NCBI GenBank assembly: GCA_951406725.2
Contig: OX597819.1
Coordinates: 16,244,001 to 16,308,000 of the forward strand
Reading direction: 5' to 3'
From: Octopus vulgaris
Lineage: Eukaryota
Length of the DNA stretch: 64,000 nucleotides
The position numbers were made by a program, and so were the translations under genes. Below are positions 27,640-41,926 of the stretch, piece after piece (position 1 is the first letter of the stretch; the number at the start of each line of letters is the position of its first letter). Under the pieces are notes generated by a model. That model saw nothing but the letters and a program-made list of their open reading frames with translations. It ran no database searches and was not told where the DNA came from.

Positions 27640-27686
27640 AACCCTAATCCTAACCCTAACTTAACCATAACTAACCTTAACCCTAA
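27640..27686. repeat. Degenerate telomere-like (CCCTAA)n tract
   Basis: accctaatcctaaccctaacttaaccataactaaccttaaccctaa. Confidence 0.55.
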
Positions 27687-27810
27687 AACAGATTGAAATG
27701 CAATAGATCGATACTAGGGTCATAATTATGGGTGACAATTTCATGTGACACCGCTAGAAAAAACTGCCGTTCAAACCGAAAAGATCCACAGTTTGTGAAT
27801 GTTTCAGTAA

Positions 27811-27861
<51 letters not shown>

Positions 27862-28986
27862 TGTGTGTGTGTGAAAACATTTGACCCGCTCGCCTAATTC
27901 CCCTTATCTTTAAAAATACCTAAGTTTAAATTGCACAAAATCTTTTCAAACAATTTGGCGAGAAACGAAAACGCTAGCATTAAACGGTAGAAGTAAATCC
28001 TTACCACCTCCGATAATTAAACGTATTGTTTAGTTTTCAAAATAGTCCTTAACTGTTCGGTGAACCTCTAACCAAAGTACTGTCTAACTGTTCCTTGCAA
28101 ACCGGTAACTCATCTTTCTTTCTTGTTTATTTATTTATTTATTGTTGGTCTTAAAGAATAATTTGTGGAAGTTTCGGCAATATTATTCATGTGACTTCAT
28201 CGGGTTAGACAGTCTTAGATTAGGAGATTTAATCTAATTATAGCAATTTCAGGGATTTAAGTCCATGTTATGTCTTACCTATTTTAAGATAATTCCGGTT
28301 AGTGCATCATATAATGATATCTTGCTATGTTAGACGCGAGTATAAGAAACCTAATTCTGCCCAAACTAAGCTACTGAGCAAATTCCATTCGAAATATACA
28401 CGGGATTGTGTTAGAGAGTTCATAATGTAAATAGAAATATGTGCCTCGTTTTCTGAAACGAGAGCCTCTGTTCAACACAGATTCAGAACAGGTCAAACGG
28501 TAATATGCTTGTATTTGTTCGTTGGCAAATTGTAATTTGGAAATAAATGTTGTTTTTATACATTCTTATGTACCTCTGCCTGTGGACAAAACTTAATCTA
28601 AGGCCCAGATAAAAGAGCAGCACCTCTAAACTTTTTCTTTGTTCTTCGATTCTTATGAGGTATGAGGAAAAGAAATCATAACGAATGATTTACCTGCAAA
28701 CAGGTAAATGCATGAAGTAGATTGGATCGCGCCTAAATTCAAAAATGTAACAAGTAAGTATTACATGATTTCGATCAGGTAACAAATAATGGCTCAACAT
28801 CAAAACGGGTATAAAGTATATCGAACGGCCTTCGACGGGTTTCATTTCACATACAAAGCTCGATCGTGTCGTGGCTATGGTCAAAGAAATTTAGCAAAAG
28901 TCTCCAACTTTGGATCAGTTATGGAACACGTGATTGTGAAGAGACCTTCACAATATCGCCATATTCTTCTTCTTCTTCTTCTTCTT

Positions 28987-29085
<99 letters not shown>

Positions 29086-29633
29086 GAGTGAGAGAGCAGT
29101 TCATGTCATCAAAGTGACACTGGGGTAAAATATACGAAGCCCAATATACCCATCATGACTACCCGTCTGATAAAGGTACACCAGGCACATGCATCACAAC
29201 CATATGTGCGCGACATGGTGATCTCATATCAAGATAAACAGCACATGACCTTGCAGGTGGGGCCCAGTTAGAATTTTCTTCAGGTTGAGTAGCCCATCCC
29301 GCTCAAACGGTCTCTGAATAAGGGTTGTTTAAGGATGTTGAAAAACCCACCCATGTCTCCAGAGGTGAATTATTCAAACCCCAAAGAATCCCTCTCAACA
29401 CATGGCTATGATGCTCCCCCACTACTTCTGCTCGTGATCAGAGATGCACATATCGTCAGCCACTAAGGGACATGCTCAACTGGTTAAGGTCAAACAACTG
29501 ACAAGCAAATCTGTGGTATTGAGCAGAATATTTGCTGTAGCCCATCTTTTATACCAAGACAAAACAATGTACATAATAACACTTCCAATCAGTTAGGATC
29601 AGAAGCCATGAGTCCACTGCCTGGTACTGCATC
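29086..29633 (-). mobile_element. ~550-bp non-coding (AAT)n-associated retroposon, near full-length copy
   Basis: Six related copies in the window: 459-635, 29086-29633, 33525-33691, 38708-38987, 43585-43823 and 43884-44427. The 3' end is …GCTCTCTCACTC followed by (AAT)n. Confidence 0.8.
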
Positions 29634-29687
<54 letters not shown>

Positions 29688-29855
29688 CATTATTATATGG
29701 GAATCGAAATGGGTAAATTTTAGCCAGGATTTGTAGGAAGTAAATGTAAGAGGACTGGAAGAGGAAATTAGATTAAATGCTGTAAATGATGTACCAGAAA
29801 TGTCTCGGCGTGCGTGCGTGCGTGTGTATGAGCACACACACACGCACCGCACACA

Positions 29856-29893
<38 letters not shown>

Positions 29894-29929
29894 GAGGGAA
29901 GAAAAGAGACATCGAGACGTAGAATTAGA

Positions 29930-30014
29930 TACATATGAACATACATACATACATACATACATACATACATACATACATACATACATACATACATACATAC
30001 ATACATACATACAT

Positions 30015-30051
<37 letters not shown>

Positions 30052-30542
30052 TACATACATACATACGAATATACATACATACACACGTACATACATACAC
30101 ACATACATACACATACATACATACACACATACATACATACACACATACATACATACACACATACATACATACACACATACATACATACACACATACAAAC
30201 ATACATACATACACACATACATACACACATACATACATACATGCATACACACATACATACACACATACATACACATACATACATACACACATACATACAC
30301 ACATACATACATACATACATACATACATACATACATACATACATACACACATACACACATACATACACACATACACACATACATACACACATACATACAT
30401 ACACACACATACATACACACATACATACATACACACACACATACATACATACATACATACACACACACATACACACATACATACACATATACATACACAC
30501 ATACATACATACACACATACATACATACACACATACACACAT

Positions 30543-30573
<31 letters not shown>

Positions 30574-30655
30574 TACATACATACACACATACACACATAC
30601 ATACACACATACATACATACATACATTCACACATACATTCATACACACATACACT
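29930..30655. repeat. Compound (ACAT)n/(AC)n microsatellite
   Basis: Seen directly; source of several spurious long ORFs. Confidence 0.95.
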
Positions 30656-32604
30656 GGCAGACACAAATAATAATTATACATCCCTTTCCACAAACGCAAT
30701 CATAATCATACAAAAAATACCATCACACGTATACACAACACACACACACGTACATACAAACATTGTTAGAGTGTACACACATAGACGTAAACACGCACAC
30801 ACACACACGTATACATACACATACATATGTACATTCCTCAACTGATGCCAACGAGGAGCCCTCTCTACAAGTCTGTCTGTGTTAAAATCACATATACACA
30901 CGCATGTTGAAGGCACAAACGCACACACACACACACAGATGTACACGCATATACATGCACACACACACACACACACACAGAGAAAGGTACACGCATACAC
31001 ACACACACACACACACACACACAGATACATTTGTACATTCCTTAAGTGATGCCAGCAAGGAGCCATCTCTACACGCCTGTCTGTGTTAAAAATCTACCAA
31101 ATTTCCATTGACTCAGTTCCAACATCGAAGAAATACCGACGTCCATTATTTGCGGGTGACCAACTCCTTCCGGTTCGCTCTCGTGACGTAAGCAGTCTGT
31201 TTAGGTGTGGTGGTTGAAGTGGTGCTGGGTAAGGGCTGTGGTTGGTGGTGGCGGCGGTGGTGCTGGTAGAGATTGTGGTGTTGATGATGGCGGTGGTAGT
31301 GTTGATTGCGATGGTTGTGGTGGTGGTGGTGGCAGTGGTGGTGGTGATGATGATGATTATGATGGTGAAGGATTATGATGGTGGTGGCTAAAGTGGAAGT
31401 GGTGTCGGTCGTGGCGCTGGAGGTAGTGGCCTTGTTGGTTGTGGTGTTTGTTAAATTGGTGATGGTGGCGAGGTGGTGGTGATGGTGGCGGTTGAACAGG
31501 TAGTGGTAGTGGTGATTTTTGGATTGGTGGTGGTTGAGCTTTTTGAAAGGGATAAGGTGGGGGTGGCGGTGGAGGTTATGGTGGCTGAAGTGATGGCCAT
31601 GGTGGTAATGATGCTTGAAGTTGTAGTTTTACCAGTGATGCTACGATTTGTAGTTGTGACGGTGGTGGTGGTGGTGGTGGTGAATTTATATCTTGGAGTG
31701 GTGCTAGTGGCTGAAGCATTGATAAGGCGGCGAGCTGGCAGAATCGTTAACACGCCGGGCAAAATGCTTAGCAGTATTTCGTCTGCCGTTAAGTTCTGAG
31801 TTCAAATTCCGCCGAGGTCGACTTTGCCGTTCACCCTTTCAGGGTCGATAAATTAAATACCAGTTGCGCACTAGGGTCGATGTAATCGACTTAACCCCTT
31901 TGTCTGTCCTTGTTTGTCCCCTCTATGTTTAGTCCTTTGTGGGCAATAAAGAAATATGAAGCATTGATAAGGGGTGTGATATAGAGGTAGTGGTGGGTGA
32001 TGATGAAGGTAATGAGGTGGGGTGGATGGGTGAAGGTAGTGGTGGTGGTGGTGGTTTGGTGGTTGATGTAATATGTCGGCAGCGGTATTGTGTAGTAGTG
32101 ATGTTGACGGTGATGGTGGTGATTATATGTATGCGCGCGCGTATGTGCGTGTGTGTGTGTGTGTGTGGTGACAGTAATGGTGTGGAGAGGTTTGTAGTGG
32201 AAGCTGGCCGAACTGATGGCACACGGAACAAAAGTATCTTTCGGCATATCGGAGCACAAGTTTAAATCCCTTTCGAATCCATAAAAAAAGAAAAAATTGT
32301 TCCGAGGTAGACAAGATATGTCTTTAGGTCCACATAATGGACAACACCTCAGAAAGCAGCGCCCCAGCATCACCACAGCCCGGGGATCGAAACCAATAAA
32401 ATAGCGGTGTCTGATTTAGATGCAAAGTGAACATTTTTGAGAGGAGATGATTAGTCGATGCCATCGATCCGATACTTGATTAGTTGTTTAATTTACCGAT
32501 CCCCAAAAAAGGAAAATAAATGACAAAGTCGACAGCAGCGGAATTTGAACTCAGAATGTAGACTGAGAACTAATTATCATTAAGCATCTTATTCCGACTC
32601 GCTA

Positions 32605-32996
32605 TGGATGGAAGCACTCCGTCGGTTACGACGATGAGGGTTCCGGTTGATCCGAATCAACGGAACAGCCTGCTTGTGAAATTAACGTGTAAGTGGCTGA
32701 GCACTCCACAGACACGTGTACCCTTAACGTATTTCTCGGGGATATTCAGCGTGACACAGAGAGTGACAAGGCCGGCCCCTTGAAATACAGGTACAACAGA
32801 AACAGGAAGTAAGAGTGAGAGAAAGTTGTGGTGAAAGAGTACAGCAGGGATCACCACCATCCCCTGCCCGAGCCTCGTGGAGCTTTTAGGTGTTTTCGCT
32901 CAATAAACACTCTCAACGCCCGGTCAGGGAATCGAAACCGCGTTTCTATGACCGCGAGTCCGCTGCCCTAACCACTGGGCCATTGCGCCTCCACAC
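32605..32996 (-). mobile_element. SINE family B nested in a family A copy
   Basis: Full-length reverse copy. TSD TCCGRCTCGCTA at 32593-32604 and 32997-33008. Confidence 0.85.
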
Positions 32997-33474
32997 TCCG
33001 GCTCGCTAACAACTCTTACGAAAGCAGGAAAGTAATAACATAAAATATAACTGAAATGTTGGCCGTTGTTATTTAACCCTCGACTAGCCTTGTCTTTGCC
33101 AACATATGACCAAAAACCTACCTACCAGGGCTACCCTGTCGTTTCAAGAGAATGTAATATTACATTATCTAATGTTTGCTTTGAAAAATAATTGGGTGTA
33201 ATTTGAAGGATATTTGGCTGTTACTTATAACGGGTCGAATAAAAGCATAGAGGCTCCTTAGTCATTGCTGTTGTTAATGGCTGTGGTAACGACAATGTGG
33301 CATTCTTTATGGTGACGAGATGGTATTAGTGGTGTTGATAAAGTTGTGATTCACGGTAATATCAGGTATGGCTGATAGCTGTGGTTCAGTACAGAGTTTG
33401 AGATAGAAGGACAATGTGTGAATCTAGTGCCATTTTTATTAATGGTATTATAATAGCAGTTAATAATAATGATG

Positions 33475-33526
<52 letters not shown>

Positions 33527-33691
33527 GGTCATGTGCTGTTTATCTTGATATGAGATCAACATGTCGCGCACATATGGTTGTGATGCATGTGCCTGGTGTA
33601 CCCTTATCAGACGGGTAGTCATGATGGGTATATTGGGCTTCGTATATTTTACCCCAGTGTCACTTTGGTGGCATGAACTGCTCTCTCACTC

Positions 33692-33736
<45 letters not shown>

Positions 33737-34034
33737 CGCTACCTAACTCAGATACTAGGAAACCCCAAAATGGCAGAAATTCAAAAGATACTGCTCATGG
33801 GAACTGCTCATATACTACGCAAAATATTTTCTATGTAATCTCAAGTTTCTCAAGTAATCTCAAGTTTTAAAACAAACATTTTTTTTTTGACATTTACTTG
33901 TACAACACTAAATACAAAACCAAATATATGGCAAACTAGGCATAACATCACGAACTTCCAACCTGCTGTCTCTTGAGGTCTCTGGGTGAGACTTGGAGCC
34001 AACTTGTACAAATATAAAGCAAAAGTCAAACATA

Positions 34035-34035
<1 letters not shown>
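33737..34035 (+). mobile_element. R4/Dong-like 3' end fragment
   Basis: MAEIQKILLMGTAHILRKIFSM* plus 3'UTR, flanked on both sides by (AAT)n. Confidence 0.7.
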
Positions 34036-34073
<38 letters not shown>

Positions 34074-34777
34074 TAATAATGGCTTCAAGTTTTTCCACAA
34101 GGGCAGCAATTTTGGTGGTGGGGATGAGTCGATTGCATCGACCCCCAGTATTCCACTAGTATAAGGCACCAAGATAGAATGACTCTCCCCAGACACAACA
34201 GAATATGCTTCAACAAACGAATTCACGTAAATAATCTTGCAAACCAAATACAAAAACGAAATATAGGCATTTATATAATCATACATATATGTATCGTTCT
34301 TCAGCCATCCTTTCAGGCCATGCTGGAGTATAGTTGTAGCGCTGGATCTTGTTTTATTTGTTTGTATGGTTCTTAGTCTTGTCGCCAGAGGCTCCAATTA
34401 TGTTGTTCTACCGTCTTTGCTACGTTTACTTCCTCTAATTGTTGTAGAAAATTGTTGCTGGAGTCTGTTGTACACTGTTTATAACCCTTGGCAGATGGCT
34501 GGAATTTTCAGCAGTGCATACGTGTGTACACATGTAGGTGTGTGTGTGTGTGTGTGCGCATGCGTGTGGATGTTGGTAGGTAGGTGTTGCGCTTACGTAA
34601 ACGTGTGTGCATGTGTAATTCGGTGTGTGTATACGCATGAATGTATCTTTGTGGATGTTTATGTTCGTGTGTATGTGCATATATATATGTATGTATGTGC
34701 ATACCAAATATATACGTTTTATTTATTATTTTGCACATTACTTAATCATCGGTATATTATTGTTATTTTATATTTAA

Positions 34778-35174
34778 CTAGCAGTATCGCCCGGCGTTGC
34801 TCGGGTTTGTAAGGGAAATAACTATATAAGCATTTTTAGAGATGTAAAGTATAATAGCCATCTCAATATGGCTAACCACAAAGGGGAGTGTGTTACTGTA
34901 GCTTTTTACGTTCTGAGATTTAATAATAAATTTTTAGAGAGTTACTTCCCTTATATATGCCAAAAATGCATTAAAAATGGGAAAAATTGATGGTAAATAT
35001 TTTTTTAAATCGTAGACTCATCGTAGACGCGCGCTAATACCCAGAAGGGCTCGATATGAATCACGACTATAAGATACCCGGTTTTAGCTAAACTGCACCG
35101 CAAAATGTGGGAGTAGTTAGGAATCTAAATCGTAGGAGACAGACAGCACACAACCTCTCTTTTATATATAAAGA
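34778..35174 (-). mobile_element. Non-autonomous Helitron (same family, inverted)
   Basis: Reverse complement of 7946-8341, with TC…CTAG termini at an AT site. Confidence 0.8.
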
Positions 35175-35256
35175 TATTTCTTTTATATGTAATTTTCTAG
35201 ATGGTGTAATTTAATTGTTCATTTTGAATTGATAAAAGGTGTTTTTTTTTCTAATT

Positions 35257-35290
<34 letters not shown>

Positions 35291-35370
35291 ATATTTTGTG
35301 AAATTTGATTTAGTATTTCTAAATTGAATTTTTCCCTGTAAGTTAGAATAATATTCCCTCAAATTATTAT

Positions 35371-35419
<49 letters not shown>

Positions 35420-36099
35420 ATTTATGTGTATGCATATATATATATATATATATAAACGCATATACATATATCTATGTACAGGTGTGTATTTATATATGCA
35501 GGTGTACACAATGAGATGTAAATATATCTGACATTGTTGTGATTAGTTACTGGTGGTACATGACATTGTATGTTTAGGTGTTGCGGTAGTAGTTGTAGTG
35601 GTGGTGGTGGGACATAGTAGTAAGCGGGGTGGTGAGAGCAGAGGTGATGGTGGTGCAGATGGGGGTGCTAGTACTACCGATACGGGTAACTGTAGCATTG
35701 TTAGTAGTGGTGGGGACGATAATGGCGGGGTGGAGTATCAAAGGTGATGGTGATATTAGTGACAGGAGTGGTGGTGGTGGTGGTGGTGGTGCTGGGGTAG
35801 TTGATGGTACTTGGTTATGGCAGTGGTGGTGGTCATAATACAGAGCATGGCTGTGGTATTTGTTGATGTGATGGTGGTTGCATTGTTGATACAGGTTTGT
35901 GATAGAGGAGATTATGGTGAGAGTGATGGTGGGGTGTTATGATGGTGGTTCGTATTGAAGCATAATGGTTGTGGGTGTGATGGTAGTGGTGATGGTGGTG
36001 GTAGTTAGACGGATGGCAAGGAAAGTAGTGCATTCTCAAGGCACCGTCAACTCATCAATCAGAACTCTTTTTGTCAAGTCAGACTTTATCATAAAGGTG

Positions 36100-36608
36100 T
36101 TGTCGTCGTCGTCATTGTTGTTGTTGTTGGTGGTGGGAGTGGTGGTGGTGGTGGTGGTGGTGGTGGTGGTGGTGGTGGTGGTAGTGGTGGTGGTGATAGT
36201 GGTGGTGGTGGTGGTGGTAGTGGTGGTGGTGATGGTTGTGGTTGTAGTGATGGTGGTAATGGTGGTGGTGGTGGTGATGGTGGTGATGGTTGTGGTTGTA
36301 GTGGTGGTGGTGATGGTGATGATAGTGGCGGTAGTGGTGGTGGTGGTGGTGGTGGCGGTGATGGTTGTAGTTGTAGTGGTGGTGGTGTGGTGATGGTTGT
36401 GGTTGTGGTGGTGGTGGTGGTAGTGGTGGTGGTGGTGATGGTTGGTGGTGGTGGTGGTAGTGGTGGTGGTAATGGTGGTGGTAGTGGTGGTGGTAGTGGT
36501 GGTGATGGTTGTGGTGGTGGTGGTGGTGGTGGTGGTGGTGGTGGTTGTGGTAGTGGTGGTGGTGATGGTTGTGGTGGTGGCGGTGGTGGTGCTGGTGCTG
36601 GTGGTGGT
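36100..36608. repeat. (GTG)n trinucleotide tract
   Basis: Seen directly; related tracts at 31200-31700 and 53500-54040 (CAT/CAC with recurrent CACCGTCACCTCCC). Confidence 0.9.
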
Positions 36609-37849
36609 AGGGCGTTGCTTGGTTATTGCAATATGGCTTGTGAACATGAGCGATTCCTTCAAACCCCACCTGCACCTTTCTTCCAGTCATTAGCTCCATT
36701 CAGAAATCTGGGTCTTTGCTTTTCTCTACTTACCCTCCTGCACTACCCCCACCCCACCACCATCACCATTACCACCTCCACCTTAGGGCGGGGTGGGGTC
36801 CTTTAACGTGGAACTCAACCTGCTGCAGCTTCATGTTGATTCGCATCACTTTGATGATATTGCATGGCTGTTTCCATGACTTTGTTATATCTTTACCACC
36901 ATTTTATATTCTGTCAGGGGTAACTTGCATTATGTTACAACGTGTTCCAAGAACGTGTAAGTTTATTATTTTTTTTTTATTACTCCGCTGGCAATTAACC
37001 GTGTCACGCCACACTCATTTTTCAAACTGACCAGATGTGGAAATAAACCGGATACAGCAGTCTTAGGATAAATAGCGATCTGACTCCATTTTTTAAAAAA
37101 TACACTCCACTATAGCTTCCATTGATAAATTATTACCAATGCTGCACATGCGCATTGGCTTCTGAAACACGCTGCTTTCGTCGCATAGGCTTTCTCGTCA
37201 ATATGGCGAATTTATTAGGTTAGGACATATTGTCTGACTTTGTTATCTCCGACAAACATGTCTTTATTTTTAATACATGGAAACAACAGCTTCTTTTATT
37301 GCCAGGTCCGACTGTGTTTCCTCCAAGGTTGTTTTCTTTTCACGCTTTATTTCCTCGTTAATGGTATCTCCGCACTTAAAATACATCAAGAGAAACTACG
37401 TATAGACGACCAAAGCTCATAAACACCTGAACTATCATCATTTATAACTGATCCCTTCTGATTTGAAGGCAAAATACCCTGACATTTTCACCTGTTCTCA
37501 AATAAATTGCAGCTTTTCTAGATTTTTCTAATCGAAGTAGCTGGAATAGTTCATTCAGCCAAAGTAAAGTGAGGTTAGAAACATCAGAAATGTTATTTGA
37601 AAGTCATGAACATTGCATATTCACTACAAGACGCAGTAGGCACCCATCCTAATGTCGCCATTTTACATTACGTCAATGCTGGAGCGTCAGAGGTGCGTCA
37701 GAGAAAACAACAAAATACGGATGTGTGTGTTTTACATATTCTTTGTTTTGTTACTGAATATATGTATATAGTTTGAGTGTTCGTATGCATGTATGTATAT
37801 ATGAGTGAATCTATGTATGTAGATATGTATACATATACATGCTGAGATA

Positions 37850-38420
37850 TAACTTTGCTATGTGAAGTTAGAGACAGGCCTGTAGTTTTTGGCATCCGCT
37901 CTGCTACCTCTTTTATGGATAGGGCATATTATTCCTTTCTTCAACTCGACTGGAAGATTGCCACTTGCAAGAAAACTCTGGAAAAGAAACTGCAGTTATG
38001 TTGCTAGGACTCGTTTGCATGGTTTTAGGATTGCTGGGAATCTATCAGGGCCAGTAGTTGAGTTCAAGTTTGTCTCGTATATGGCCAGTATTACTTTTTT
38101 TTTATATCGACCGTAACTGCCTGCCTTTTTCCGGCCATAGTTGCAAAGAACTCTGCTGGTTTGCATGCACTCTAGACGGTGGGGTGGAGTGAAAACACTT
38201 TTGAATTGTTCATTCAGTGTTCCACTTAGTCTTCATGTGTTTACCGTGAGTGAGCCATCCTTTTAGATGAATGACCCTACTCTGTAATGCAAGAAGGCTG
38301 TTCCTTTGACAAATTTAAAGGAGGTTTTATATTTTTATATTTTCTATAACGCAGTCTTCTTGGCCTGCTCTCACTCTTTTTCATGAGAGAGTTGCACATT
38401 TTTCTCAGTTTCCAGTAGTG
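37850..38420 (-). mobile_element. CR1/L2-clade LINE RT N-terminal fragment
   Basis: LFQSFLASGNLPVELKKGIICPIHKRGSRADAKNYRPVSLTSH. Confidence 0.8.
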
Positions 38421-39003
38421 TCATTTTCACAGGATTTTTCGTTGCTTTTGAGTTGTTTGTTTATAAAGATAAGTTGTGCCTTTACTTAAGTATTTGCTCC
38501 TGAATTGATGTGTAGATGGTTGAGTATTTCGCAGACACGTGTACCATAACAGAAATTCTCAAGTAGAATCAGCGTGACACGGTGTGTGGCAAGAAGACTA
38601 TACCTTTTAAATTCGAAGCACGATTCACGCGACGAGCGTCTTCAGCTCAGTTTCCATTACACCAGTTTTATCCAAACGGGATGGACTGAATCCACACTAT
38701 ATAGCAATGAATTATTCAAACCCCAAAGAATTCCTCTCAACACATGGCTCTGATACTCCCCCCCCCCACTAATTCTGTTCGTGATCAGAAATGCACATAT
38801 CAGCTACTAGAGGACATGCTCAACTGGTTAACGTCAAACAACTGACAAGCAAATCTGTAGTATTGAGCAGAATATTTGCCGTAGGCCATCTTTTATACCA
38901 AGACAAAACAATGTAGATAGTAACACTTTCAATCAGTTAAGATGAGAAGCTATGAAAGCCATTGCCTGGTACTGAATCAGGGCATTTATCATCGTCATCA
39001 TCG

Positions 39004-39060
<57 letters not shown>

Positions 39061-39594
39061 CAACACTTAAAGAGGTGTAACTCTTACTGCAATTAGAATC
39101 CCAATGAAGAACAGTCAAGCAGGATTTATGAATGGAATAATATAAACAACAAAACTACCATAAATTAAGAAAACATATACTTGCATGCACATAAATATGC
39201 ACGCATGCACACACACATATACACACACATATACACACACATACACACACACACATACACACACACATACATCCAAACATACTCTCTTTCTCTCGCCATA
39301 TACACAAATAAATAATAAAAATATAAATACGTATCTTCCCCCTATGTGTCGTGAATAAACTCTTCCAATAAATGTTTCTTACTTCCGGCTTGTCTGGAAA
39401 ATGAAATTCTGGCTTTCCAAATGAGTGAATTTCCTACTCTGCTGAGTAAATTTCCTGTTCTCCTTCTTTCTACGGAATGATGGGTGTTCTTGCTGAAATC
39501 TGTGTAGTAAGAGGTAACTTAGTGGAACCCAGACAGTGGCTTAGGGAGGAGGGGGTCGGAGGAGATTACAAGACATGTAGGCAAACAGTTACTG

Positions 39595-39641
<47 letters not shown>

Positions 39642-39779
39642 CAGACAAATGGGTATACATACATACATACATACATATATACATACACATATCGCTACAT
39701 ACATGCATACATACATACATGCATACATACGTACGTACTTATATTTTATAAAAAGGAATGTTTTAAATCATTAGTATAC

Positions 39780-40320
39780 CCTCTGAAATACTACGCTAAC
39801 TTATACCATGACACTCATTAGACATATCTCATTAAAAATATCCTACTGCCACGACATACATGTTAAGCTGACATGCTCTGACATGACCTAAATGCTACAC
39901 AAATCTCTTAAGGTGACACCTGATGAATGTTATCCCCGCCTATAATTTGAGAGACACTTACTGATATGCTGGCCTAGATAATATACTGAGATAACCTGTG
40001 ATGTGACTTAGCTGTTACTCTGACCAAAGTGTGTCACGATCCAAATGTAACGCCAACCCATCATTCGAAATCTGTCGAAACGTCAGATTGATCTACATTG
40101 TGACACAACCTAAACTGTGACACGACCTTTGTGTTAAATAGACCGGCTGTGTGACTCTACTTAAATATTACAGTTGACCTATATGTAATACAACGTGACA
40201 ACAATGTTGCTGCGACCTATATTTCGACAATATCTAGACGTTACGCTTTGCTTTATGGTGACATGACCTGCATTTCACAATTGACCTACATTATAACGTG
40301 ACCTAATTGCAGCTGGACGA
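39780..40320. repeat. Highly degenerate short-period repeat (GTGACACGACCT-like motif)
   Basis: Recurrent gacatgacct / gtgacacaacct / gtgacacgacct / gtgacatgacct motifs at ~20-25 bp spacing. Confidence 0.45.
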
Positions 40321-40504
40321 CTATTTCGTTATTTATATCAATTTTTCGTCTAATATGTGCCGTTGTAGTGGTATTTGTTCTACGTTCACTTACACACACA
40401 CATGCCTACACATTTGTATTTTTCTATTGTCATGGGTTTATACGTTATATGTATATGTTTAAATATATATTGTATGTATATATTTATAAGTGTTAAAGTA
40501 TTTA

Positions 40505-40540
40505 TGAGTGTGTGTGTGTATGTGTAATATATAAATATAT

Positions 40541-40573
<33 letters not shown>

Positions 40574-40724
40574 ATATATGTATGTATGTATATATATGTA
40601 TGTATGTATATATATGTATGTATGTATATATATGTATGTATGTATGTATGTATATATATGTATGTATGTATGTATATGCATGTATATGTATGTATGTATA
40701 TATATGTATGTATATGTATGTATG

Positions 40725-40760
<36 letters not shown>

Positions 40761-41034
40761 TGTATGTATGTATATATATGTATGTATGTATATATATGTA
40801 TGTATGTATATGCATGTATATGTATGTATGTATATATATGTATGTATGTATATGTATGTATGTATATGTATGTATGTATATATATGTATGTATGTATATA
40901 TATGTATGTATGTATGTATATATATGTATGTATGTATATATATGTATGTATGTATATATATGTATATATGTATATATGTATATATATGTATATGTATATA
41001 TATATATGTATATATATGTATATATGTATATATG

Positions 41035-41084
<50 letters not shown>

Positions 41085-41089
41085 GTATG

Positions 41090-41126
<37 letters not shown>

Positions 41127-41275
41127 GTATATATATATATGTATATATATATATGTATATATATATATGTATATATATATATGTATATGTATATATATGT
41201 ATATGTATATATATGTATATGTATATATATATATGTATATATATGTATATATATATATATATGTATATATATGAA
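40505..41275. repeat. Compound (TATG)n/(TA)n microsatellite
   Basis: Seen directly; similar tracts at ~52000-52620 and 54780-55075. Confidence 0.95.
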
Positions 41276-41515
41276 TTTGTGTTGCAAGATTCCTGATGTG
41301 AAACCATGTATTGAAACAAATACTGTATTTGGATTTTTTTTTACACTCTATGACGTGTATCCTTACACACGCACGCACGCACACACAAACATGTATGTAT
41401 TTATAGTGACAGTGGGGGAGTGTGGTAACTCTTACTGAAACTCCAATATTACAGTGCATTCCAGTGACGTGGTGTCGCATCATGTGGTGAGGTGTATTAT
41501 AGTTTAGTGTGGTGG

Positions 41516-41603
<88 letters not shown>

Positions 41604-41926
41604 GGTGGTGGTGGTGGTGGTAGGGCGTTGCTTGGTTATTGCAATATGGCTTGTGAACATGAGCAATTACTTCAAAGCCCACCTGCACCTTTCTATCACA
41701 TAGAATGGTGTAGACTATAAAGCGTACAAAAGGAAAGTGCTATATAGTGTGGTAGAGTGGAGAAGACAGTGGTATGGAATAATGAAGTATGATGGAGCCC
41801 CTTTTGTTGTGCCCAGGGAGGAGCAGTCAGTCATTGCCCTTAACCATCGTATCGAGGTAAACGACCTCACACTTTAACACATTACCCGCATGCTTTGTCT
41901 AATTGCACATATGTTGTCTTTTGTAG

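Noticed and set aside
29768-30705. Long YI/CV/HT-rich ORFs here and at 40386-41666, 51964-52784 and 60616-62917
   Set aside because: They are translations of stop-free microsatellites.
31117-31187. Possible exon (cag|TTCCAACATCG…GTGAC|gtaagc)
   Set aside because: 71 bp, not frame-neutral and no recognisable domain; cannot be supported without RNA data.
36036-36806. Mucin-like poly-Thr, poly-His and Gly-rich ORFs
   Set aside because: Derived from the (GTG)n tract; no splice or domain support.
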